A stretch of 63,728 bases of DNA, counting the filler. It is 8 parts of 8 records of this genome, joined end to end, with 100 filler letters (N's around TTAATTAATTAA, not from the genome) between each part and the next. Parts side by side here need not be neighbours in the genome. Positions count along the whole stretch, not along the records: positions 11,391 to 16,061 come from SRR7504441_11626; positions 16,162 to 21,496 come from SRR7504441_11628; positions 21,597 to 28,948 come from SRR7504441_11630; 5 more parts are not named here. The stretch is one strand, 5' to 3'. How positions within the stretch are numbered: the stretch's first letter is position 1; every line of letters starts with the position of its first letter. The translations under genes were made by a program, and so were the position numbers. Shown one piece after another: positions 12,648 to 25,391 of this stretch. A model generated the notes under the pieces. That model searched no databases, had not been told where the DNA came from, and saw only the letters and a list, made by a program, of their open reading frames with translations.

Positions 12648-15600
12648 TCACAACCCTGACATTAGACGCGTGAGACTTTCCATCCACCCGTTGAATTGGT
12701 CATCATTTTCAGCTTGAAAAGCGGTGGTGCTTCTTCTTCCAGAACCAACAGGCTGAGCCACAATTTGGAAAGTGTAGCTATTGTCTGTTCGAAGCAGCTG
12801 TGCTCCATCCAGGGCAAGCTCTGTAAGAAATTGATATTTTCTAGGACTGTTGGTATTTGGTAGAAGAAGCAATAACCGCGCCCCACTCGATTTCGACCCC
12901 AATAGCACAACATGCAGCGTATGTCCTGTACTTTTCAGAGGGCCCTGCTTGATGATTGATCCTTCATGCGATACTATTCTCCATCCTTCTTTGACACCCT
13001 CAACTCTCCTCTGCAGTCAATTGATCAGTCATGCATGCCAATCTAGCCAGTGGCATTGCAATGGCCGTGGGTCTAGCCAAGCCTCCCACCTGTAGGGTGC
13101 AGAGTTCGCCGTATTCATATGCAACCTGATCCATGTCCACTTTAGTAGCTTCGTGCATTTCTGCAGCTTGTTGGAGATAGCCTACGAATCCGGTGTCAGT
13201 AGCTCAAGCTCAGATTTTTGTTTTTAAGATCGAGAATGGGCTAGCGCAAAATCGGACTCACCATATGCGGTATCCTCATGAGGAGTGAACTTTAGCATTT
13301 TCTTTGCAAGAGCGAAGTAATTGCACATCCCTTGAATTGGCGTGTGCAAAAGCGACTGGAAGGTTGCTCTAGTCAGCCGGTTCTGCAAGCCAACACACCA
13401 AATCTCAGTCAATAGGCCCATGATACACAAAGGCTACAGGTGCGGCTGTTTGGTTGCGAATGAAATCTTTCAGCCACTGATTTGCTCTGCCTTGCTTGCT
13501 AACCAACAGCATCACTTGCTGGAGCAAGGCGAAGTACACTGGGTAGGTCTGTGGAAGCAGTATCATTTCCCTCTCAATGCGAAGGATGAATTGGTCACCT
13601 TGCTAATAAAGCTTTGAATCATGACGAGCTGAGTGGCAATATGATCAGTGCCACTAGATGTATCAAATTGGGATGCATCAAAGTTCCTAAGTTTGTGGTA
13701 GAATTCTGTGTGCTGCTGCTCCATCATCTGCACAGCATGACAGAATTCCAGGAAGTCTTGCTTTCGAATCACCAATCCCCATTGACAGCAATTATGTTCA
13801 TCAGGCCACCTGCCACCGGCTCTGCGGATCCAGGCAAATGGCTGACCACTGGGCCACATCTCTCTTGAGAGGCTCGAGAAAGTCTTGTGAAAGGGAGCTC
13901 AACTTCGCTACATATTTCTCCTCCTCCAAAACAAACTCACTAAAAACCTGCAGACCCGCCATGAGACACTGTCTGGACTTATAAGAAAGCGACAACCTGA
14001 GTCTTTGTGCGAAGTTTTAAAGTGGCAAAGAGCACGTCCACCACAGACTGAATGGTATCATTCATTTGATGAAAGACATGAATTTCACTCAGCGATGCAC
14101 GACATTCGTCCCAGAACATTAGCGCAATTTTCTTCACCTGGGTATCAATCTCTCACATTAACCATTCAAAGCTAGAAGCCACCCGCTGTCTATCAAGCTG
14201 CTTGTCAAGGCTGTCTTGTTCTTCGCAATCCTTGCCGAACAATGCATCCATTTTCCGTGAACTGGGTTTATCCTGGGATGCCGAGTCAACCAACTAGTGC
14301 GTGCTTATCTCAAACAAACCTTAAAAGCCAAGCATGCTTGCAGTTGAAGGTGCCACTGCTGCTTAGGAGCAATGGATGTGTCACCTCGAAACCTATCAAT
14401 TTGAACCGCTCCAAGTCTCTCAATCCTCGCTTCAAACTCCACAAGGGTCAATTTAAGCCTGCCAAGACTCGATCGAGTGCGTCAATCGCTCTAGTCCTGA
14501 CCTTTCGAGCAGCTGAAAAAATGCCCGGATCCGATCATCGCGGACCCTGAGTGTCATGAATCACAATCTCACAAACAAAGAGTAGCCGCACCCATGCGAG
14601 TTCACGGGCGCATCGACCCCCACCGCGGGCAGCACCACTCCATTCGTTACACGGAGTGATTGATGCGAGGCATCCAGGAGCACCATTGATGCAAGCCCGA
14701 GTGCCTGGATGGCCACCGTCACATAAAGAATTCAGGCCATTTCACCCGGTCCGAAGCATCGCCATTGTCCAATATGTCTGACAGGTACGGATCCTCCAGC
14801 ACCTTCTCCCCAGTGTCGTAAACGGCTGTTACAAATTTCTTGATAATAGTTTTGACGTCAAAAGCTGCTCCTACAGAGACTTCAACACCAACTCTCAGGT
14901 ACACCAGTGCCGGAGTGAGCGACCAACCTGCCTCTGCAGCAGCGCCGCTAAGATACTCTGGACGGCGCTGTGCATGCAATCTATCCAAGCGGAGCAGCAG
15001 CCTTGCAGCGTCAAGATTCAGGCTCTCAGGACGGCCATCAGCAGTGCCAAGATTTTCAGCTGGGATCTCCAACGCCCTCATAGTGCTAGTCACCAGCATT
15101 CGGACCTGCCACCACACCCTGCGGTCACACGCACTGCACAGAATCACTGTGCCTGTGGCTCCGTCAGCGCCTGCAGCGTCTCTTCGTCAGTCACCAGCTG
15201 TCGCAGCAGCAGCCAAGGATGGGCGCCTTCCTTGGCTTCCTTCTGATGATCTTCGAGCATCGCCAGCTGGCGCCTAGTATCATCATGCTGGAGAGCCAGC
15301 GCCTGGATCTGGGCCTTGAGCTCACTGTTCTCCTTCTGTGTTGCCTGCAGCTGGCCCTGAGACACGTCGGCCAGCTGGGCTCGGCAGCTTTCCAGTTCCG
15401 ACTTCAGCTTGGCCATCTCGGTCTGGTGGTATAAATCGCGCTGACTGGCCAAATCCTTCTCGATGCCGTCCTGACACAGCCGTCAGCGCCCGGCGCCGCA
15501 CACGGGGCGCCTGCATGATGGTGCGGTAATCGGCCGCAGAAATGTGACCTGCCTTGAGCATCTGTACAAGGTCGTCCGCAGGTTCGGCCGGGCTATGGCT

Positions 15601-16014
15601 GTGCTGGTGGGTCGGTGGATGATATGCTGTGGCAGCCGGCTGTGGCGCCGGGACGGCCGGCGGCGCTGCTTTCGGGATTTTCCAGATTGGGCTGCTGTTG
15701 GTGATCTCGTTCCAATAGTAGTATCGGCCACGGTTTGCGTCAAAGTGCGAGCGCCAGCCGTTCTGATACTGGTCGCTGTCCACGCCCACGTTATCTGGGT
15801 GAGACTGGTCCATGACCCACGCCGAGCTCACAGAGCCCTGCTCCTGCAGCGGGCGTGCAGCTGTCCACCAGCAAAATAACGGCTTCGTCACACCCCATGG
15901 GATCCTGGGATAGACTGTCCCACTGTGGGGCGTCGAGTTCGCTAGCTCGAAGGAAGCGGTGACCTACCGGCGGCTGACCACGGTGCGGCTGTCGGAGCTG
16001 CTCAACTCGGTCAT
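12648..16014 (-). CDS. WW-domain, coiled-coil, RhoGEF (DH)-PH protein
   Basis: WW GWRSHFDANRGRYYYWNEITNSSPIWKIP; DH motifs FSEFVLEEEKYVAKL and FQSLLHTPIQGMCNY...KFTP; PH end FQAENDDQFNGWMESL. Start codon uncertain. Confidence 0.7.
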
Positions 16015-16061
16015 CTTGGTCAGAACTGCTGCTGCTGCTGGCTGATTGGCGGCAGAGCGTC

Positions 16062-16161
16062 NNNNNNNNNNNNNNNNNNNNNNNNNNNNNNNNNNNNNNN
16101 NNNNNTTAATTAATTAANNNNNNNNNNNNNNNNNNNNNNNNNNNNNNNNNNNNNNNNNNNN
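16062..16161. other. Artificial contig spacer
   Basis: N run with TTAATTAATTAA. Confidence 0.98.
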
Positions 16162-16307
16162 ATTGGAGCGTGATAGGGTTGCAACAAGTTTTTTATCTTC
16201 CTCGCCCAGGACAGCAGCCGAGCCAGCGCCGGCTGCGCACCTGATGTGAGCACCGGGGTCCAGCCGCGGATTTCTTTTTTTTTTCGGGCTCGTAACCGAC
16301 ACTCGCA

Positions 16308-17034
16308 ATGGGGGATGGAGCTCAGTCGGCCGCGTCCAAGTGAGTTCCGCGCGGCCCGGCCGATGGTCCAGATCGCGGGCTTGGTGATCGGCGGCTTGCA
16401 GGGACATCCAGCGCCTCTACACCGACCTGCGCAACCTGAACCCGCAGCGGGCCCAGATCTTCGCCCGGGAGGACACCTTGCTATGCAAGAACATGGGCAT
16501 CTCGCACGTCCAGGCACCCGGCCCCCGGCCCGCGCCGCGCTGACCGGCCGTGCTCAGGGGAATCGGCTCGCCTCGCGCGGCGGGTTTGACACCGGTCTGG
16601 CCCACCTTGATCACTACCGGGGGCGCGATCCTGTGAGAGCATTCGGCAGCTCCAAGCTGGAGCACGATGTGATGGTCCGCGGCTGGCGACCGCACCGGCT
16701 GACCGGCCGCAGGTTAAGGTGGCCGGCACCCCGGTCTCGGACCGCCGCCGCTCGGAGATGCTCCGTTATCTCAACGCGTACACGCACATGCCGGCGGTGG
16801 GCGACCGGGTGGGCCGGTCAGCTGAGCGGGCGGCAGGCCACCACGGTGGAGATGCTCCACTCGCTCCGCAAGGTGCACGCCGACACCGACCGGCTGCTCA
16901 GGGACCGGGCTCGCGTGGACACGCTCCATCAGCCGGAGAACAGGGCAGCGGTGAGCACGCAAGTCGAGTCTGCCCGGTACACACCTTCACGGACCCCAAT
17001 CCCTGGACACCACCGCTACTTCACCACCGGCTGA
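16308..17034 (+). CDS. Hypothetical protein (~180 aa, 5 exons)
   Basis: MGDGAQSAASKDIQRLYTDLRNL...HHRYFTTG* reads open after removing four introns, including GC-AG 16514-16557. Confidence 0.55.
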
Positions 17035-17247
17035 GCCCCCGAGCTGCTAGCGGTCGGTGAGTTGAGCTCGAGCCCCAGCTGGTCTGTTGTTTGATCTCTC
17101 TTCGGGATCCGATTGCAACTAGTTGTATTGTCTAGTACAGAGGTGTAATTGTACTCGTACGCTCGGAGCTATTAATTACATTTTATTTCGTGTTTCCGAG
17201 GGCCGAAATCAAGTTCGAGCGCTATCCTATAGACTTGCTCATGGGTG

Positions 17248-18342
17248 TCAGCTTTTGAGCAACTTGAGCAATCCGACCAACTCAGAGGCCGAAGGCCGCT
17301 CAGCTGGCTCGGCTTGGGTCGCCAAGCTCAGCACATGCCTCAGCCGGGGCCAACGCACCTGCACATCAAACGGTGATTATCCGACCGGACCAGGGCCGCA
17401 CCTGCTGCAGCAGCTCCTCGACTGAGTCAATCCCTCGGCACGCAGCCGCCCCCCCGGCCGCAGCCTCACAGAGCAACATCCCGAGATCAAACACGTCATC
17501 GGCCGTCTCGAGCCCGGGATCCGGGTCCGAGCCATCCCAGAGCAGCTTGACTTGCCCGTCGAGCACCGAATCCGCCCGGCTGAGCAGCACTCGCCGCGAG
17601 CTCAGCTGCCCATGCACCTACCCACAGCTCAATCGCGGCTCAGCGAGTGGACAAACCAGCCCGCGCAGGTGCAAGCTGGTGAGGGCCCGGGCGAGTGGGA
17701 GCGCCAGGGCGAGCATCTGGATCAGGCTCAGCTGCTGGAGGCTTTGGTCCAGCACAGAGCCCAGGTCGGCCGCCATCGGCTCGAACAGCAGCACGCAGCT
17801 ATCCGACGAGGACAAGGCCGCCCCAATAAACAGGACCAGCCCCGGGTGTTTTGCGCTCGCCAGCCGGGTGGCCATCTGGTAAGCCTGCTCGAGTGCCTCG
17901 GGGCTGGCTGGCTGCTTGAGCACCCGGGCTGCAACTGTGGTTTGGAGCCAGCTGGCGAGCACAGTCCTGCTGCCCTCAGCGGCCGGCGTCCCTTGTTGTC
18001 CGGCAGGTCCGCATCGGCGCCGCTCCCGAGCAGCAGCCTGGCCATGTTGAGCAGCCCCTGCCCGCAGACGAAGGCCAGCGCGGTCCGGCCGGTGCTGGTC
18101 TTGCTGTCCACCTCCGCCCCGGCCTCCAGCAGCAGCCGGCCCAGCTCCCAGTGCCCGCCCAGCCCGGCGCAGTGCAGCGGCCCGGTCCCGGCCCCGTCGC
18201 GGTAGTTCGGGTCGGCTCCCGCGTGCAGGCAGCCGGTCGCCGCCTCTGCATCCCCGTCCCGCGCCGCCAGCCAGAGCCCCAGGCTCGGGTCGTCCGCCCC
18301 ACTCTCGCCCTCGTACCGCGCCGCAGGGATCCCGCTGTCCAT
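17248..18342 (-). CDS. Ankyrin-repeat plus TKL-like pseudokinase
   Basis: Three ankyrin repeats (GTGPLHCAG, GRTALAFVC, GADADLPDNKG). Degenerate kinase motifs KHPGLVLFIGA, HGQLSSRRVLL, DVFDLGMLLCE, PAERPSASEL. Confidence 0.7.
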
Positions 18343-18432
18343 TTTGGGGCACGTAACGGATTCATCAGTTCGCTTCCGGGCGTCCGCAACGAGTGCAGAC
18401 GAGCAACTCAGAGCAAGCGCGTCCAGCAACCA

Positions 18433-20146
18433 ATGGTTTCTTATGAAGGCGAGTGGTCGGCGGGGCAGCGGGAGGAGGGCGGGCTGGACTTTGGGTGGCT
18501 GCTCGGGGAGTCGGCCGACCTGTTCCGGGCCGAGCACTTTGAGAAGCAGATGCTCCACCTCAAGCGGCAGCAGCCCGACTTCTACCAACCACTCTTCGGG
18601 CTCTACGACATCGAGGCGCTCGCCCGCCGGTGCGGCCCGGTTCGTCGGCCGGGAGCGGGGGCAGCTGCATCGAGAACGACGGCGAGTTCATGCTCAAGAA
18701 GGACGGACACGACCTCCGCCGGAGCGAGCGGTCGCCGCCGGACTGCTTCGCCGGCTACCTGATGGGTGGCTCGTACGTGATCAACCACGCCGAGCTTTAC
18801 CACACCGAGCTGGCCCGGCTGTGCTGCGAGCTGCGCGAGCAGCTGATCCACGTGTACGCCAACCTTTACCTCACCCCGCCCCGCTCGCAGGCGCCGCCGG
18901 CCGCGGGGTGGGCTCAGGCCGGTGCAGGCGGTCAAGGCGCACTCGGACGACCAGGACGTGATCATCCTGCAGATCGCCGGCGCCAAGGCCCGCCGGCTGG
19001 CCGGGCCCGGCTGAGCGGCTGGGCAGAGTTGGACGGTGTATGAGCCACCAGTGCTGATGCCATACACTCATGAAATGGTCGGCAAGACCGGCCCAGAGCG
19101 GGCTGTGACAGAGGAGATGAGAGGCAAGCAAGTGGAGGAGCTCGAGATGTGCGCAGGTCGGGCGGGCCGGGCGGCGGGTGCGATGGCCGGGCAGGCGACC
19201 TGCTCTACCTGCCGCGAGGCTGGCTGCACGAGGCAAAGACTGGTTCAAACCAGCTGTCGCTGCACCTGACGCTGACCGTGCCATCGCACGACTTCACCTG
19301 GGCCAAGTTCTGCGGGCACGCCATCTCCGAGCTGCTGATGGAGCAAACTGGCCCTCTCCGGAACATGGTCAGGAGCTGCTGGGGCGAGCGTGAGCGTAGG
19401 CAGGTGCCGGCTGCAGTGGCGATGGGCGGAGAAGATTCTTCTGAGCAGAGCGCCGCGATGATCGCTCAGGTGGGCCGGGCGAGCTGTCACAGGCCAGCCC
19501 GTTGCAGGTGCTGGAAGCCGCCAAGCAAGGCCTTTCTCTCGAGACGGCCCAGCGACACTTTGGGCGCAAGATGCAGTCGCACGCTCGGCCACAGGAGCTC
19601 GTGGCCTCCACAGATTTCCAACTGCTGCCCAGACAAATCCGGCCAGACAGTCAGGTGCGACTCAAGCGAGGGATGGCAATGAGCTTTGAAGACGATCCTG
19701 ACAACAAAACCCAGCTGTGCAAGATGGTAGTCAGGCACAAAGGCAGGTCGCTTGAGCAGACTGTGGACCGGACGCACATCACGATCTACCACGCAATCGC
19801 AGCCACTAAAGGTGCCCGCGCTGCGGCAAACCATGAATTTGTGGCTCCCACCAGGCCAAAGTTTTAGTGCGAGCGAACTGCCGGGAGATGGCTACTCGCA
19901 GGTCTGCGTGCTTAAGTTGCTGATCAGGCAAGAGGTGCGCCACGCTTGCGTCGCTGCTCGGTTAGCTTGCTTGGGCAGGTAATAGAGCTGTTTGAATCCG
20001 CCAGTATCAGCGGCTCTGACGGCGGCAAAGGCGGCAACAAGGGCGGCGGCAAGGGCGGCGGCAAGGGTGGCCCCGGGGGCAAAGGATCCGCGATGCCAAT
20101 GATTAAGGAAGAAGAGGAAGATGGAGAGCTGCTGTATTCGGGTTAA
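18433..20146 (+). CDS. JmjC/Cupin_4 oxygenase (NO66/MINA53/RoxA-like)
   Basis: After splicing: YANLYLTPPRSQAVKAHSDDQDVIILQIAGAKSWTVYEP, GDLLYLPRGWLHEA, SLHLTL. HxD...H metal triad intact. Confidence 0.88.
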
Positions 20147-20520
20147 GATGCTGCACTAATCTTAAGCTCGTGCGGTACAAGGATCCACGGGTGGTTCATG
20201 CTTGATTTGGAAATTCTTGAATGTAAGCCTACCTGTACAATACCACAGTATGTGCACCAAGTCGTGTTGTCATGTAGCTCATTTGTAGCTCATTTGCGAG
20301 TACGGAAACTCAATTAATTGAGAGAAACAATCTAACCAGCCGCTAAACTAAAGCATAATTATATCTATCTATCTAGCGGTCTACTAGTCGGTATGTTCAA
20401 AATTAAAATTACAAGTAAGTACGATATAAGCACGCAGGAATCTTAGCAATTCTAGAATAGTTGCAGGTGTTCAGTCTGGTTGTGTGTCATGCCGTGTGTG
20501 GCTAGCTTGTGGACTCATGG

Positions 20521-21496
20521 TCATGTGCTTGGGCTGGTCTCTGACGCCACAGCACTAAGCTCATTTTGAGTGCCATTGCTCGGGCTGGTGGCGGGCTCGT
20601 CACGAATCCCATCCAATGTTACCTCTGCAAGACACAAAGGACAGGTGCCCTTGTGCTTGAGCCATTCACGTATCTCCTCAAGATGGAAAACATGCTTGCA
20701 CGGCAAGCGAGTGACTTCGTCGTCTTCTTCGAACTCACATAAACAAATTGAGCACGTGTTGTCGCTCTCTTTCTCTGGATGGACTCTAGCCTGGCTGTAC
20801 CGAAACATGGGAAGCGCTAGAATGACCTCCGGAGATGCTGCAAGATTGGGGAATACGCCAGCCCCGTCAAGATCGGCGTGGTGCGAGCGGTACCAGCACT
20901 CAAAGCAGAGGAATAGCCCGCGGGCGATGCAACTGAAGGTGACAAATGCTATAAAGATGCAGACCAATGCCAATGACAATCTGTAAACGGCAGGTGAGTC
21001 GTCCGCACAGTTACTTGGTCGGAACACTTCGACCAGCCCACCAAGGTACCTACAAACACTGGTGACATGATGGCACAGTGAAGCGGGGTACCAGACAATG
21101 GTCCACACGTTCAGAAGCGATAAGGCCAGATATTGTACCGATTGCTTGACTTCGGTGAGGCTCATAGTACCGGCTTGCTGCCGGCGCCCAGAAACTCACT
21201 CAGCACTAGGCGCCTGCTAGACCTGGTCAGCAATCTCGTCTACCAGCTGCTGTAGCATTTGAATCAGCCTCGCCCTAAACGGCAGCCGCAGCAGGTTGGC
21301 GCCAGCAACCCCCAGCAGCCAGGCATGCAGATACGCGCTGCACGTTTCCTCCCAGCCGATTGCCACCACCACGGCGCACGCCAGCAGTATGGGGACTGAC
21401 AGGATGCCGGCCACCACCTGGCTGCGCACCAGCTGCTCGGCTATAGCCTTTGTCTCCTCTATGCTTAGCTCCTCCTCCTCCTCCTCCTCCTCCTCC
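20521..21496 (-). CDS. Transmembrane RING-H2 E3 ubiquitin ligase (5' truncated)
   Basis: Several TM helices followed by CSICLCEFEEDDEVTRLPCKHVFHLEEIREWLKHKGTCPLC. Confidence 0.85.
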
Positions 21497-21596
21497 NNNN
21501 NNNNNNNNNNNNNNNNNNNNNNNNNNNNNNNNNNNNNNNNTTAATTAATTAANNNNNNNNNNNNNNNNNNNNNNNNNNNNNNNNNNNNNNNNNNNN
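21497..21596. other. Artificial contig spacer
   Basis: N run with TTAATTAATTAA. Confidence 0.98.
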
Positions 21597-21597
21597 C

Positions 21598-23920
21598 TCA
21601 GTCATAGTTGTCCAAGAATTGGTCTTGCCAGTGCCGTTCAATCACACCAGGCTTCTTCAAGACATCCTCTTGCATCCAACGGTTTAGTGGCGGACCGTCA
21701 ATCAACAAGGTCCAAGGACGTTGCCCACCAATAGCTGTCCCATTTGGTGGTGGCGCATTCCATCCTAAATCTGGTGCTTCGACCTTAATATCAAGACCAA
21801 GATTTGAACTATTCAAGAAGGCAGCCCATTTTCTGTTAGAGGCTTGGTTAGCCAGTTCGGGCAGATCCAGCAGCTGCCCGACAAGTGTCATGAACTCGTT
21901 GAGTTCCACTTGGCCATTGTGGTTCTGGTCTACCTGCTCGATCATTTTTGTTGCCTCGCTCTGCGACACCTGCACTCCCAGTTTGTTGAAACCTTCCATC
22001 ACCTCATCCGTGCCCAACTTTAACGAGTTATCAGCATCCAACTCTTCAAAGATCTCAATGCACCGCTGGGTCCAATGAGCTGCCACCTTGGCCTGCAGCT
22101 TGTGAACTTGCTGGTTACATCGTTGCACTTGCTGGCTTGGTTCATAGCCCTTTGCCTTGCGCCCCTCGGTTGAAAGCTGATCCATAAGATTCCGTGGCGG
22201 AGCACTGTCCTCCTTCCGAGTAGCACCGCCCCAATCAGTCAGGCAATCTGATCCAGTGCATTCAGAAAAGTGAAGTGTGACACCAGGATTGGTGTTCACA
22301 TGGGTCCCGGGAGCAAAGTTGCAGCGTGAGAAATAAGCATTAACTCCCGCAGCAGCACTGAAGATACATGTACTGGATTCAAATTTGACATCGGAGAATA
22401 ACAGCGTAGCTCCGTCACAAACAAACAGCGCTTGCATCGCATCACTCAAAAGCGAAATTCCGACCAACCTGAGTGTCTTTTTCTCAGTCACTACGTACCA
22501 TCCTGTGGCCCCATCACCGGCCTCTGGGTCCACCACCACACTTGTCTTGTCGCTTCCCTCGCCCATGAGTACAAAGCCGAGCTGAGCATCGCCAGCCACC
22601 CATTCGGTTTTTACTGTGGCGATTCCTGCTGGAAGGCATCTGAGCACGCTCTCCCCCTCAAGCTTCGATACAACATCCGCACCCACTGGCTCGTCTCCAG
22701 TGTATCGAGCCGGGGTTAGCGTTTCGTCAGCAAGAGTGTCAGCGTCCGGATCTTCTGTCGTCGCTGGTGGGGGATCTTCTGTCGTCGCTGGTGGGTTGGA
22801 CCCAACTGGATTCGCCGATGACTTCTTTGCTGGGGAATGCCCAATTCTGGTCCAGAGACAGCCCTAAACGGCCAATTAGGTGCGCCAGCAGTGGGCTGAA
22901 CCTCGTTGGAAGTGACTGAATTGCCATCTTCAGAAAAGACAAACGTGCCCCACTCTGGATTAGTGAAGACTCCCTGGCACAACCAGCTACTCGTGCTGAG
23001 AGCGAAACGGCACGCACCGGCTCAGTTTGTGTCAGCTCAAACTTCCACGTCATTACGCCAACATCCCAATCAAGTTGAATGCTGTTGGGGCCCTGCACAG
23101 ATTAAGTGGCTCATAGGTAGCATGGTAGCATCACGATATAAATCAGATGCTGCTGCACAGGTTGGCTTACCGACTGTGTGAAGCACATTCTCCGATGAAC
23201 TTGGACAAATTCTCCGATGAACTTGGACAGATCTGCACCCGGTGCAGCGGACGGCGCGTCGGCCTCTGTGCTGTTGAAGCTATCCTTCACATTCGCAAGA
23301 TCCTCTTTCAGCAACTGCTGTCTAAGGCCCTGAAGCACTGCGGGCGGTGCGTCCTCCTGGAAGGTTTCTCGGAAGAACCGCCTGACCGATCGTGTGCCTG
23401 TAATGCCACGCGAGCACACCTCATCTCGTCGTGGCCCATTTGGTCGACTAGCCCCCACCCCTTCGCGACCAGCTCGGGATGCTGATGACAGAACTGAGCC
23501 ACCCCGAAGAACATCTCGCCCCCTTCTTCGCCCATGTCTGCCATCGCTTCGTCCGTTGGTTCGTACTGCAGCCAAAGCTCTCTTGGGAACTCAGCCGACT
23601 CAGCTGCACTCAGGTCGAGATATTGGCTATTCTCGCCAATGTCGCCCACCTGTCACAGGCTGTCAGCCAGTTCCAGGCCGTGGATCTACCATCCGAAACC
23701 AGACATTGCCCACGAACGCAACCGCCTCCCCCCTCTCGTCCGGCGGCGCAATGGAGATGAGCGCGACCTGACAGCAGCGGCTCAGGGTCGGCAGCGCGGT
23801 GCAGCTCACCCCGAATTGGATAGCTTCGCAGGCCGAGAGCAAACCGTTCTTGTTTCTATCGGCAGAGTCGAAGATGACCTGCTTCGCCAGCTCCTCGTCC
23901 CCGTTGAAATAATCTGACAT
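21598..23920 (-). CDS. EF-hand-containing multidomain hypothetical protein
   Basis: N-terminal DRNKNGLLSACE; C-terminal pair DADNSLKLGTDE and DQNHNGQVELNE; multi-exon. Confidence 0.6.
22748..22795. repeat. Perfect 24-bp tandem duplication within the CDS (PPATTEDP x2)
   Basis: ggatcttctgtcgtcgctggtggg occurs twice in tandem. Confidence 0.9.
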
Positions 23921-24024
23921 GATTGCGTCTCCGGCTCGGTAGCGCTCCCGGAGCCGACAGTTAATTTAATATATAGGATACATCCAACATTGCTTCAGTT
24001 TTTTTCTCCTCGAAACCCGAGGAG

Positions 24025-25240
24025 ATGGGCTGGGAGCAATCCGCAGAGAGCCTGATCGGCAGCCTTCAGGCCGCCCAGCGCGAGCTGGCCGCCCAGAAGC
24101 AGACGACGGGCTCGTCGGTCCAGACCGGATTCGCCCAGCTCCGCCAGTTGCTTGACCAGGCCGAGCGTCAGCTGAGCTCCGGGTGCCGGTCCTGGCTGCC
24201 GGCGGCTCACCGGGCTTGGCCAGCGCCCAGGAGCAGCTAGCGAGCCGGGAGCAGCAGCTGCTTGAGTGGGAGCGGGACGCCACCGCCCACCGCGACAGGC
24301 GGCCAGCCCCGCCCGGTCTAGCCTAACCCCCCCGCGTAGGCTGGCCGCCGGCACCCAGGAGATTCAGCAAGCACTCGCCGCGGGCGATATGACCGCAGTC
24401 ACCACCAAGTCTCAACAGGTGCCGGCCCGGCGGCCTCGGTCATCGGCTGGCCAGCTGGAGGCGTCCACCGCGGCGCTGAAACAGATGGAGGCAGGACTGC
24501 CTGCGCTGACCGCTCCCGCCGGGTCCCTCCCGCTAGCCCCGGCCAGTGAGCCCGGGCAGGGGGGCGCTCAACTTCCAGGCGGTCGAGGCCGCCATCCGGG
24601 CGCTCTCCTCCGGGGCTGCCGCACCGCCCGCCCCACAGCCGGCTGCTGCGCACAGCACGCCCTCGGCGGCGTCATACACGGCCTTACCTGCTGCCTCGAC
24701 TCCGTATGGGGCTGGCCCCGGGCTGAACGCATCCAGCCTGGGCCCGAGCCCGGCGCCAAAGACGCCATTCACTCCGGGCACCGAATCGGTGAGAGGCCGG
24801 CGCTGCGGTCTGGTGAGGGAATGGAGCAGACCCCAGGGAGGGGCACTGCGGTCCCGAATGCGATTTACATCAACTCGGTGCCGGAAGAGACGACCGAAGC
24901 GGACCTGCGGGCGGTGTTTGAAAAGTACGGCGAGATTAAGATGATAAACTCTCGACACATCGCGACAGGGGTGCCCAGTCGCTCCCGAGCCCGGCCCTTG
25001 ATAGAGTGCAGGGATTTGCTTTCATCTTCTTCAGCTCGGAGCGGGCCGCAGCAGCTGGTGCGTGGGGGGCGGGCGAGCGGACTGGGGGGCAGCGCTGGAG
25101 AATCCTCGGGTGCATATTCACGGCAAGCCGGTGAATATTCTGGCAAAGAAGCAGCTGGTGCCCAAGGACAGGAGCACGCCTTCCAGCAGGTCGGGGGGGG
25201 GGGCATGCGGGGCCGATCTGGGCGCAGGCTGGCCCAATGA
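24025..25240 (+). CDS. Coiled-coil plus C-terminal RRM RNA-binding protein
   Basis: RNP2 AIYINSVPEETTEADLRAVFEKYGEI, RNP1 GFAFIFF. The last intron (25190-25227) gives PSSRLAQ*. Confidence 0.75.
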
Positions 25241-25391
25241 ACGTCTGGAGCTCCTGACTACGGCCAGAGCGCAAGAGGAGCGACAATACGAGTACGAAGC
25301 TAATTTAAATTTAAAGTTTGATAGATTGCCTAGCATGAATTCCGTCACTCAAGTAGAAACCTCAAATGCCCTTTATTACAACCAGGCGCAG

